A DNA stretch of 64,000 nt from Vermamoeba vermiformis (taxonomy: Eukaryota): NCBI GenBank assembly GCA_045837725.1, contig JBEWZL010000253.1, positions 186,001 to 250,000 of the forward strand, read 5' to 3'. Shown piece by piece: positions 50,456 to 62,351 of the stretch. How positions within the stretch are numbered: position 1 is the first letter of the stretch; each line of letters starts with the position of its first letter. The position numbers were made by a program, and so were the translations under genes. The notes beneath the pieces are model-generated. The model did not search any database, had not been told where the DNA came from, and saw nothing but the letters and a program-made list of their open reading frames with translations.

Positions 50456-53400
50456 ATGGACGTAAACAATAAAAAGCGTAAAGGAGAGGATCTGGAGCAC
50501 GATCACCAAAAGAAGCAGCGAGTTAGTGAGAATACTAACGACTTTAATTGTAAGGCTAATTTTAAAAATCTACTAAATTCATTGTCTTATTTACAGCAAT
50601 TTTGAATGATAAATTATAGATCTGGAGTCGTTACCGCTTGAGATTCTTCTTGAGCTAGCAAAGGAAGTTGGCTCTTACTCGGTCGTACTCTTGTCCTTGA
50701 CGTGCAAACATTTCTACGACTCATTCTCTACCGACAACAAGTTCTGGTTCTCGTTGTTTTGCAATGAGCGCCTTGTCAACCGCACTGCTGTAGATCTCGA
50801 CAACTCCTCGCTGCGAGAGGGTAATTGAATTTAGCTCATGGTCATTCTTTTGTTGATAATATTGTAGACTTGGAGGATTTGGAGGATGAAGACTATGTCT
50901 TTGACAGATACGACGATGAATTGACTACTGACACGGCTCAAATACAACGCGAATTAATTTCAGACGATTATCGCCCAAAATATCTCAAAGGCAATGAGTT
51001 AATAGCTCAGGGACAGGAAGACAAGCCAATCAAATACGACGAGCAAATCAACTACAAAGAGTTGGCGGTCGATGAGTGGCTGAAGAGACAGCACTTTGAG
51101 CTCTGGAACGACACTGCTTGTGCCTCACTGTACCAATCAACTTGCAATTGTCGTGCTGAAGAGACAGACCTCGTGTTGTACGACGACAATGGCAATGAGC
51201 TGTCAGTAGACTATTCGGACAATGAATTGGTAGTACTAGACGGACCAGCTGATAGCACCGTGGAATCACTGTCGGACGACGAGTCAGACGAGGATTCAGA
51301 CCAGGAGATGAGTGCTGTGAGCTGTGACAGTGACGCGAGTGAGGCTGATGAAGAGGTTGAGCCTGTGATGTTGACTGCAGAGCTGAGGGACAAAATTATC
51401 GCGTAAGATAACGGTGATTATTGTTGTATCACATGATCTTGGTAATTGACACGGTACGAATAGGAGCGTAGCGGACAGTCCTCAGTTGAAGATATTCGTG
51501 CAAGTGCTCGATGCCGCAGTGCTCGGGCACATTCCTCCGTCGACGTGCCCTGACACGGAAAGACTCGCCGTAAGCAGAGTATATATATCTCTGTAACTTG
51601 GCTTTACTGATGCCTTCCCTAGATAACTAAATTGTATCATAAAGTGGTGCACTTGGGCAATGTCGTCGAGGAAGTGATCGCTCAAATATCACGCGCTGTT
51701 AATTTGGACGCACAAGCGTGTCACATGATGCTGTTTTGTGCCTTACAAAAGCTCTGCCTCACCGACTTGCTGTATTTGGATCAGGCGGTGAAAGCACGAT
51801 TTCCGTATTTTGCAAATGTTTTCTCAGGTCAGTAACAAGGCTAAGGTCGTTGTAACTAACTACTGACACCAACAACAGTGCATAATATTGAGCGCAGCGT
51901 GCCGGCGTCGTGGCATGATTTGGTGGCTTGCAATGAACCACATTGGGCATTCAGCTTTCACGCATCTATGGCCTCGAATGACGAGTTAGATTCGATGCCT
52001 GATTGGTTGTCGCGTGAGAGCTAGCTAACCAATCATATCGACCCCAAACTGACTGCTTCAGTGCGGCACTCCATTCATCGCCTCATGCGTTGCTGGGTAT
52101 TAAATGCTACTCCAAGTGCTACCGGTCAGTATTCACCGTCGATTGTGAGCCTCTAACTCTTTCGCCAGAGCACGCCATCAGTGAACTAGTTGAATTTGTT
52201 CGAAGTACTCTACAGAGTATTATTGAGCTGAAAGGCGCGTCAGATGCGCAATCAATTGAAGTTAGCGAGATTGACGTGTTGAAAGCAGTGTGCAGACATC
52301 CCAAAACGGCAGACTTTGTCCAACCTCACACCATGTACTTGACGAGCAAACTGATGCAAGAGAGCATGGTGCAGTTGCGGTCTGACAGCGAGTGTTCGTA
52401 CGCGAGCAGTTATTCCGATGCAAGTGAAGAGGAGGAGGATTTAAATCAGTTCGTGGAAGAGAATAAAACGAACATACTGCACGGCGGGCAATCACTGGCA
52501 CTGGCCAACAACGAAAACAAAGACGAGGACAGCATTGAAGAGGACTTGAATAATTACCAAGACCTAACCGAGCAAATCAAGGTAATTGAGCTGCGTGTGC
52601 ACGCGCGAGTATTAACTAGTGTCACAGCGCAGCGTTCAGGGCGTGGAAGATGACACGAGCCCATTGTTGATGCGCACAGCAGTCGTGTACGGCCAAACTG
52701 ACTTGACCGCGGAACAACTCAATGACCTCAGTGACGAGGCATTCAGCGACAGCGACGAGCAAGTCGAGGAACAATTGATTGCGTGGTACGTCTGCACAGT
52801 GCTGCATTTGAAGTAAATTAATCGACGAACCAGGCTGGCCGTTGACGATGACATTTACAACCCTGATTATGTGGAGAAAATGATTCACACCCTCAAACAA
52901 GACGCTGCGTACTATGCAGGCAATGGCGAGGCAGGTGATCGAGCAGAGGATGAGATGGGTGCAATCGACAGCAAGGTGCCAGATGATTTGCCTGAGTTGC
53001 GACAAGACTTGTCAGAGGCCCATCGCGCTAAAATACTCGACGTGCGACGTAAGATTGTTTTGCAGAAAAGGAGTCGTTGTTCTAACTTCTTTATTTGCAG
53101 GAGAGACCAATCGGCTGTTAAAAGCAGAAATTATGCGCGAACACAGCGAATTTTTGATGAAAAAGGTGGGATTATTCATTGTTCTTCGAACTAGTGACTG
53201 ATTTCCTTGCCAGTACGATCGACTTTATGACAACTACATCGAGCACGGTGGCGTGCTAGATCCATTGCAAAGCAAGTCGTTGGAGATTAAATTCTTTTCA
53301 GATAACGACAAGAACATCAAGCGCGCTGTCAATGAAGCAATCGAACTGATCGGTGAGTCGAGAACGAGTTCAGTTTTGATAGCTAATATTGACAGCACTG

Positions 53401-54125
53401 ACAGGCAAAATTGAATCTTTGAAAACAATTAAAATTTACGACCACCACGACGCAAAGAATATTGAAGACGTGCCCGATGCTGTTCTCAACGAGCAATCTA
53501 CGCCCATCCAATCACTATTCGACGCTATTCAGAATAGCGCTAGCATCGATACGATCAAGCTTTACAGCTGTCATTTTCTAGACCTAGTGCCGCTGATTAA
53601 GTTGCTGTCGTGCAAGAAATTGGAAAGATTTCACTTCGTTTTTACCGATTCGTAAGTCACATCTGGCCCCAATCTTCTGGCTCTAACCTGCAATATGATT
53701 AGCTTTGAATTAGCCCCAGTCCAGCTCGCACCATTCTTGGACGAATTGAGCAAACATTCGTCGTTAAAAGAGTTGGCAATCGACTATCCAGTGGTCCGCA
53801 GAGCTAACTTTCACATCCAAGAGGCACTGCTATCACTGCTGCCTTCACTTCAAGTTCTCAAATTGGTGTTGCCTTTCGGTTCAGCCGATCGTAAGTACCG
53901 TGCTGTACAATTAAGCATTGATTAACTTGCTCATGCTCAGAGGCAACTCTCGAGCATTTAGAGACTCTGATGCCGAAGTGCAATTCATTGCAGAGAGTGG
54001 TACTGTGCTTCAATCGCTTTGACCTCTTTAAACAACCGACCGAATACTTCACACAAATGTGCCACAATATCACCGAGGCTGCGAAACCTGCTGCGGTGCT
54101 CTTCACGATCAGTCTGAATTGTTGA
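50456..54125 (+). CDS. F-box protein with acidic tracts, a histone-fold-like middle region and C-terminal LRR-like repeats
   Basis: NLS KKRK. F-box LESLPLEILLEL..LSLTCKHFY. LRR-like SLKTIKI, SLKELAI, SLQVLKL. About 12 introns. Confidence 0.65.
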
Positions 54126-54199
54126 GGACAATAAAGGACTCCATCATTGTGATAAAATACTGGGAGCGTTTATCAATTAACTGTTACACAGTCTGGCAT

Positions 54200-55760
54200 C
54201 TAAACGGTGACGTAAGTGGACTCGTGAGCAATACCGCAAGTGTCATCGCCCATAGCCAAGAGGATGTAACCTTGAATACCCCAGTCGGTGTTCCAAGAGT
54301 TGCGCACGATCCAGTAGGGAGTAGGGGCAGTGGTGTCGTAACCAACCAATTGCACGCAGTGGTCGAGGAAGTTGATCCAAGCGCACTCTTCCCAGTCCAT
54401 AACTCCGCTTTGGTAGTCTTGCCAGTTAGCAGCATCGACGCACACACTACACGGAGAGTTAGAACTCGGTACGATCGCACAAAATAGGGTACAATTACCT
54501 CAAAGGACCCTTGGTGACGAGGTTGGCTCTCAATTCGGACTCGCTGTACCAAGTCGTGGACTGTGAGGTCATTAGTCCAAGCACTTCGGAAAGTATATAT
54601 CGACAATCACTTACGTAAGCCCAGCTCTTGATCTTAGCGGCAATGCCAGACTTGTTGAAGGCGCACACACCGTCTTCACCAGTGTAGGGGTAGTACGCAG
54701 CGGATTCGAGACCACCAGCGCTGATGACTGAAGAGACAGTCAGTCAGGTTGCACACAAGTACTCATTGACTGTAGTACGTACCGTAGTCGTAGGCAGTAG
54801 GAGGCTCACCACCTTCACAACCACCGTCAGAACCGTCGCAATCGACGATTTGTTGAGGAGCGAGGTTCAACTTGTCAGCGGTAGACTTGCCAGCCAAGAT
54901 CCAAGCTGACTCGATGGTTTCGGTGGCACTGAAGGCCCAGCAACTGCGCACATTGATTCGTTAGTGCCAGCCCAATTGATGTAGCCAATAATATCTTAAG
55001 ACAAGTTACCTGCCGCATTGACCTTGATCCTTGACGGGAGTAACAGCACCACGGCTTCTCCTATGTAAAGTATAAGTTTCCACACTTAACAAAGGCCGTA
55101 AAATATTGCTGTGTTAACGGTAAATTACCAATCGAGCTTCTTAGGCTCAGCAGCAGCCAAGAGCTCAGCCTTGTTGGCCTTGATGGGGCTAGGAGTAGCA
55201 GGGATCTTGTTCTTCATCAAATAAAGTTCTCTGAACTCTTCAGGAGTGAGATCTGGTTGACACGTTAGTTTTACAGTCGATCTAGCAGCGAAGTCTTTGT
55301 TGATTCCGAGTTACGGATAACGATGGATTACCTGAGAACTTAGTAACGCCGTACTTGGCACCATTAGGGAATCGTCTGGTTCTTTCTTCAACGCGTTGAA
55401 GAGAAGCCTAAAAATAACAGTGTCAATAATTTGGATTTTAGAATCGTCAGTTAGTAAATATTTATGTGATTTATTTGTAAATAATAACAGCTATATATTT
55501 AATTTTATTGTTACATACCTTGAAGTTGTTAAATCTGAGTTGAGCTTCTTCAGCGGTTTTGTAGTTCTTGTTGTAGGCCTTAGTGAACAATTGGAACTCG
55601 TCTAAATAATTAATATGACATTAGTTTTATCGATAAACTCGCGTAATTGCAGTATCCACTTACTGAAAAGTTCGCTTTCAGATCGACCAGAGAATTGAGC
55701 GCTGGCCAAGCAGAGAACGGAGAGGGCGGCCAATAAGCCAATGACAACGGTGAACTTCAT
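54200..55760 (-). CDS. Papain-family (C1A) cysteine protease preproenzyme
   Basis: Signal peptide, GVTKFSDL prodomain, VKDQGQCGSCWAF, DHCVQLVGY, WIVRNSW. Confidence 0.95.
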
Positions 55761-56157
55761 CGTTAAGTGTGTATTACTAACGCGAAGAAAGAATCAAATC
55801 AACAAAAAAGATTATTTTGTTTTTGACACTTCGTTTGACACTTGGACAGGACCAGCATGATTATCAAGCCCGAATTAATATTTAAATACGCAACTAAGTA
55901 CATTTCTAATCAAGTCTTGTTTAATTGCAGCAACGTGATTCAAAACGCGATCCCACGAACATCTTTTTGTAGTTAATAGTGATGCTCGAGGCCTTGATAT
56001 CGAGGTCACAATATCAGCAAAATATGTCGTAGAAATTGGCAGAAATGTTGTAAAAATTTCTTAATTATTGAGCGAAAGACTTTTAAGCCGAGCGTCGTGC
56101 CCTTCTAACCAGTTACATCTCTAATCTAACCATACTAGCACTTCAAATCAAACTTTC

Positions 56158-56650
56158 ATGTCCGCCTCTAAAGAAGCACCAACGCAAAACACTGAAACTC
56201 CGTACTCGGATACTGCAAAGGTCGAGTTGATCGAACCCACGAAGGATAAACCTACTAAGACGAAAGAGTTCAAGACTTCGACGTAAGCTCCTGATTGTTT
56301 GTTATTGTTGTTTGGGACTCTCGCTCGAATATTGACTCATAAAATTTGTAGCGACTTGCCTAGCAAGCCTAGCGATCAAATATACGGTGGAGCGCTAGAA
56401 AATGACCCCAGTAAGTATTTTCATTCGAGTGCAACGTAGTTTCTCGCAATTTTGAGATTTGCCACTGATTTACTTTTCGTTTCCAAATATAGATATGCCG
56501 GCTACAGATCAATCAGCTTTCCCTGTCCCAACAACGAGCTACGAAGAAGTGCGACACCCTGAAGGTGAGGTAGAAGGCGTGCCGAAACTATTCAAAGGTC
56601 AAGCTTTGGACCAAGGCAGGGGTGAGGCCAAGAAGCAAAGTCAATCGTAA
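56158..56650 (+). CDS. Small hydrophilic protein of unknown function
   Basis: 3 exons join in frame (MSASKEAPTQ..DLPSKPSDQ..MPATDQSAF). Confidence 0.55.
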
Positions 56651-56850
56651 AGAAGTTTCTCCGCCTTCTATTGTATCACGAATAAAGTGGTGACTTTGTT
56701 GTAGAATTATTATTTATCTTCATATTACAAATACATTAATAGAAGTGCCACACGATAGTTTGTGGTTTTGGTGTGTGTGTTTTTTTTGTGGGTTTTAAAA
56801 TTTTTTTTTTTGGTTTTTTGGTTTTCCGGCTCACCAGAAACTACGCGAGA

Positions 56851-57863
56851 TTAGTAGTCTGTTTGTTTCGACATGACAGTCAACTTACATTCGTATTGCG
56901 CACGAATAGCAAACATTCCGTCAGGCGACAATACCATGTGCACAGCACCCTCTTCGTTGAACTCGAAGAGTTTAGTGCGCAAGGACTCGCCCGAAATAGT
57001 GCACAGCTCGTACAACGTAGGTCTAATGAGCACGAGATCATTGGATGCTGCACAATATCGTTATGAGCACGCGATGAATGTAAAACAAATTTGACACGTA
57101 CCAGCCCACGCAATGTCGTGCAATTGACCGCTGAGATTATTGCGCGTGAATGAGCCAATCAGCGACGGCGTGTAGTGCTCATCGAAGGCGTACACGACCA
57201 CTTTGTCACTGCCCTCAGGAGTGTGCAGTACAAATGCAATTTGACCGAGGCCTAGTGCGATCATTAGTACGGTAGAAATGATGCAACAATGAGTGACTTA
57301 CTTGAACTCGCAACGTGCGTCACGTCCAAATCAAAGTCCACAGCGCACAACTTGCGTCCTGTTTCGGTGCAGGTGATGGTGCATCGTCGATAATTGCGAC
57401 TAATACGCGCTAGTTTGTGATCGTCCCATTTCAACAGTTGGACTGGCGTGCGTAACACAGCACGTTCTCGGCCCCAGCGGGGTGGCGGTATTGGTTCGTC
57501 AGCAGGCTGCAGAGACATTATTTTGACGCGGTAACCAAATGCTTCTTCGACCTGCGCTGCTCGTTTGATTGCCCGCACGGATTTGGCTCTGTTCGTCGAT
57601 TGCAGTAAATCGTCGAATCCAACAGGGAATATTCTCTTGACGTAGGATTGCAAGCGAGAGTCGACTATGGACTTCAGTTTTGAACAAGTAGTCGCGAGTA
57701 TCAATAAACCTCGAGCACCAACGAAGTTCAACAGATGGAGAAGTGGATCGTCCGGCAAATCTGTCAATGGCGGCTCACTCTGTATACTGGCGCCATTTTT
57801 TTGTTTTTTGTTAGCTTCGAGATCAAGATCGAGATCGGCGCTTGCTTTTCTTTTCTTGTCCAT
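56851..57863 (-). CDS. F-box protein
   Basis: MDKKRK NLS. LTDLPDDPLLHLLNFV..LATTCSKL. Beta-rich C-terminus. Confidence 0.75.
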
Positions 57864-58144
57864 GGCGAATTTCTTCGTGCTTATTTAATAATTACGGCTA
57901 AATTAACGGCGCTTGCGCAGATAGATATTTATGCTGCAAAGCACGTGTCAATCCTATTTTCACGATTTTATTCCTCGAAGGCCGCTAAAATTTACTAAGA
58001 GTTAATGATTAAAGCCAGGCTCATCTTCTTATTTTAAATGGACCATTTAATTACGTAAGGTTCTAAAGTAGGCTTGTTGTGCTGATGCGCTATTCGTTGG
58101 AAATAAAAATCTTGTTTCGTTCGTAAGAGAAAAAGATCACCACG

Positions 58145-58928
58145 ATGAAACACCTGACCTCGTTCGTAGTATTACAAACAATTGTGATATTTTATTTTGC
58201 AATTACAGCTCACTCCGAGGCACTACCTGACGGATTTGTTCATCTGTCTGCGAGTTAATCCGACGATAATTCAAGAAATGCGCTATTATTCAGAGCACAA
58301 TTTTGTAGGTCATAAAATTAATGGCTACGCAGCGCCTGAATGCATATTGACAGTTTCAGCAGCGAAGAATCTTAGCTTCGTGCAACAAGAGCTTCTTTCA
58401 TTAGATCCACCCCTTAGTATTAAAGTATATGACTGTTATAGACCTCAGCGTGCAGTTGATGAATTTTACAGCTGGTCGCTCGATCCACAGCTCACGCAGA
58501 TGCAGCTCGAATTTTATCCAGGCCTGAACAAGAGCACACTATTCGACCTCGGCTATATCGCACGCAAATCAGGACACAGTCGCGGCTCCACCATCGATTT
58601 GACCCTCGTGCCTTACCCTCCACCAGCACAGCCCGCCTACAAACCTGGCATGACACTCACGCCCTGCACCGCACCCTACGGGGTCCGATTTGACGACAAC
58701 AGCATTGACATGGGCACTGGCTTCGACTGTTTCAACGAGTTAGCGCACACCAGCAATCCGAATGTGCACGGCGTACAGCTTGAAAATCGTTTGCTGCTGA
58801 AGCGCATCATGAACAAACACTTCTTCAACAATTATGCGCTGGAGTGGTGGCACTACACATTGATCGACGAGCCATTTCCCGACACTTATTTTGACTTTGA
58901 AATCACGTCAGTTTTATTCGCTTATTAA
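58145..58928 (+). CDS. ddpX: Secreted D-Ala-D-Ala dipeptidase (VanX/DdpX, M15D), intronless; +1 frameshift near 58253
   Basis: Signal MKHLTSFVVL..AHSEA. LPDGFV, YDCYRPQRAV, SGHSRGSTID, DMGTGFD, EWWHY. Confidence 0.88.
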
Positions 58929-59025
58929 GTACATGAACCAGTATTAATTATTTACCCATACAGCCCTTCTTTGAGCGAAGAGTCAACAACGTACTGGTAA
59001 GTGAAATCGCGTTGAGATTATGAAA

Positions 59026-60640
59026 TTACAACGGCCAATTTTGACGCTTCAAGCACATATCCCAAAACATGTATTCCATTTTCATTGCAGTTTTGAAATA
59101 ATCGAGCATGCGTTCTCTTTCTCCTGGAGGTAGCGTTACTGACACTTTGTCCATGAATGCGCGCAGTTTGGAGACCGAGGAGGTGAATTCATTGCCGCAA
59201 TAATACTCGATCCATGTTGCGTAGGTGTCTTTAGCTTGATTGTCGTGCAAATAATGACCAATCTTATTATACAGCAAGAAGCAGGCCAACACTGATGCGA
59301 GACCAACATAGTACGGCTGTTCTCTCGTGACAGTGGTCAAGAACGACAAATAAAGTTGGTTGTTGGGCGCGAGTTGTGTGTTGAGAAAACTGTCCGTAAT
59401 CTTCTTGTAACTGCTCGAGAGGTGCGTAATCATGTCTTTTTCATTCGATCCCGCTTCTAATATCTCGCTCAGTTCTTTTCTGAGCGATGCAGGAGTTTTT
59501 GATACGATCACTGACAGCCGGTCGTCGAAAGTGTTCAAGAACTGCCGGTCTTGTTCGAGAAAGAACTGAAAGCTCTCTTTGGGCAGAGTGCCGTCTAGAA
59601 TGCCCTGCACGAAACCATGAGCTCTGATCGTTTCGTACAGGTGCAGCGAGTGGGTCCAAAGGTACTCGGTGACTGGTTCAGGATGTCTCAGTAGTGGCCG
59701 ACACGAGGTGTGCCAGAAGTGATTTAGAGGACCGTGGCCGTGTCCGACATTCAGTTCATCAGCTCGTTGAATCGCTCCTGCCACGTATTCATGCGCTTGT
59801 TTCACCGCATCCACAATGCTCATGCCCTAGGTTGTGCGTAAGCCTTGATTGAATTTTAGTCGCAGATACTTACTTGTGCGACAAACGCAGCTATTGCAGA
59901 GCTGAAAGTGCATCCACTGCCGTGCGTGTTTTTGGATTCGACTTTTGGGCTTGTAAACTCATGAAACGTGACCCCATCGTATAGTACGTCAGTTAGTGTT
60001 GTATGTCCTTCTAAATGACCTCCTTTAATCTAATTTCCATTAGATGAAATGCATGGCGAAGGGCGTTCCTACCAACACGTTGCGGGATCCAAAATCTTTT
60101 TGTATCTTCGTTGCTGCTTGCTTCATGGTTGGAATATCAGTGATTTTAATGTTCGTGATGAACTCAGCTTCTGGAATGTTCGGAGTTAATAGCGTGACGT
60201 ATTTAAGGTTGGTTTTCAGCTCGATCTAAAAAAAGTATTCGAATTAATTGCAATTTAAAGCTGCAGCGCATATTTACAATGGAGCTCGGTTCCAGCAAGA
60301 TAGACCCTCCTTTGGCAGTCATGACTGGATCCAAAACGATGGGAATATTTGTATCCTTGATCTGATCGAATACCGCCGAAATAGTTTCAGATGTGTGCAG
60401 CATTCCAATCTTGATGCAATCGGTCCTTATGTCGTCAATAACTACTTTAATTTGCTCGCGAATATGTTGTGGAGGAATGTCAAATACCGAAGATACACCA
60501 AGCGTATTTTGCGCAGTAATTGCAGTAATGACGGATGTGGCAAACACGCCCAGCGCAGAGATTGTCTTAATATCCGCTTGAATACCAGCTCCACCGCCAG
60601 AATCAGATCCAGCAATCGTTAAACAGGTAAAGCAAGACAT
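59026..60640 (-). CDS. THI20: HMP/HMP-P kinase (ThiD) - thiaminase II (TenA) fusion, THI20-like
   Basis: LTIAGSDSGGGAGIQAD, LDPVM, TPNIPEA, THGSGC, GHGPLNHF. TenA: FLEQD, LACFLLY, EYMFWD. 3 introns. Confidence 0.93.
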
Positions 60641-60802
60641 TTTGCAAAATGTGAGAGAGGATTTCTCGAATTACTTTTGCTGCAATTTATTGTTAAATAG
60701 TATTTCGAATGAGTTCAGTCTGAACTCACTGCACGGAAAATTTCATTGACAACGTGACAAGTTCTGCAACAAATTTTCTCAATACCTTTCGTCAGATCGA
60801 GG
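60641..60802. promoter_or_regulatory. Probable bidirectional promoter with central 9-1-9 inverted repeat
   Basis: 162 bp between divergent ATGs. TGAGTTCAG-T-CTGAACTCA at 60710-60728. Confidence 0.6.
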
Positions 60803-62351
60803 ATGCTACCACTTGCAAAATGCTTATCAAAAAGATTAGGAAATTATGCAAAAAGAAGTTACAGCACTCACTCCAAGTATGGTGTATATTTGATTTTTGA
60901 AGACAAAATTGCGGATGTGCCGCCTAAAATTGCCATCAATCAAGCCGTAGCAGGAAGTGCGACAATGGTTCAAATACGCGAGAAAAAAAAATCGACAAGC
61001 GAATTTATCAAAGAAGCAAGAGAAATCAAAGCTCTGCTACGTGGCAGCAATGTGCCGTTGATCATAAATGACCGGGTTGATGTGGCCTTGGCATGTGATG
61101 CGGACGGCGTGCATGTTGGACAAACGGACATGGAGGTCAAAGATGCGCGAAGAATATTAGGCCCGAATAAGATCGTTGGCTGCACCGTCAGCACACCTTA
61201 TCAAGCCAAGCTGGCGCTGTTTCAAGGAGCAGACTATCTGGTACGTCGCTGATAGCACTGTTTGCTGACTCAGCAACTCATATTCATATTAGGGCACTGA
61301 CGCTATATTTCCAACCGCAACGAAGCCCGACAGCAAGCCACTCGGCCTCGCAGCGTTCAAGGATATCTGCGCCTCTACTTCTTTGCCTGTTGTGGCTATT
61401 GGCAGTGTTAATCGAAACAACGCGCAATCGTGTCTCGATGCTGGTGCTGCTGGACTTGCAGCGTGTGCCAGTATTTTGGATTCGAGAGTGAATGGTGGTT
61501 CGATCACAGAGGCTTGCAAAGAATTGCATCGGCTGGTGGACCTCTCGCAGCCAAAGTACTCGGACGAGCTTGCACGTGTGGCAGCGGAGGTGATTAGCGC
61601 GGTGAGAATGAAGCATCCACTGATCGTGCACATCACTAATACTGTCACGATCAACGACGTTGCAAATGTCACTTTGCTGTGTGGTGCTTCGCCGGTCATG
61701 GCACAAGAGAACAATGAAATGGTCGAACTAGCCGACGCACTGGTACTCAATATGGGCACGCTGGACAACAATCAAATCGATGTTATGATCAGCTGTGGCC
61801 GCGTAGCCAACAAGCGAGGAATTCCCGTTGTGTTTGACCCTGTTGGTGCTGGTGCTACACCGTATCGAACAGCAGCAGCAAAGCGCATATTGGACAGCAT
61901 TCATGTCGATGTTTTGCGCGGAAACGCCTCTGAGATAGCAGCACTTGCAGATTTACCTGCGAGCACACGTGGGGTTGATTCAGGAATTGTACAGAACAAA
62001 CAAGCAGCACTCAAAGCTCTTGCTTCAACAGATCGAATAGTTATTATGACTGGCAAACACGACTTGCTCAGTGATGGACAGGTAGTCTATGAAGTCCACA
62101 ATAATAGTGCTTGGCTTCAAACTGTTACTGGCACTGGCTGCATGCTCACAGCTGTTCTTGGTGCTTTTTCAACTGTTGGTCAATACTCAAGATTGAACAC
62201 TTCTGCTGCTGCATTATCCTATTTTGCAGCAGCTGCAGAGAGAGCTGAATCTTGCAAACCAAATGGTCCTGCAAGCTTCAAGCAACTCTTTTTTGATGCT
62301 TTGGCTGAGGGAGGATCAGACTTTAAAATATTGTGTTCAAACCTCAAATAA
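60803..62351 (+). CDS. THI6: Thiamine-phosphate synthase (ThiE) - hydroxyethylthiazole kinase (ThiM) fusion, THI6-like, with presequence-like N-terminus
   Basis: VQIREK, LIINDRVDVA, GVHVGQ. ThiM: HITNTV, NMGTL, DPVGAGAT, RGNASEI, TGTGC. Intron 61241-~61291. Confidence 0.93.

Noticed and set aside
56760-56830. GT/T-rich low-complexity tract
   Set aside because: Probable sequencing artefact or simple repeat between convergent 3' ends.
3259-61771. Long antisense ORFs (e.g. 3259-3924, 39071-39832, 61289-61771)
   Set aside because: Shadow frames of GC-rich sense-strand genes.
59026-62351. TPP riboswitch in the thiamine genes
   Set aside because: The introns are only about 50 nt and I saw no CTGAGA plus CCTGAT..AGCG core. 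Infernal was not run.
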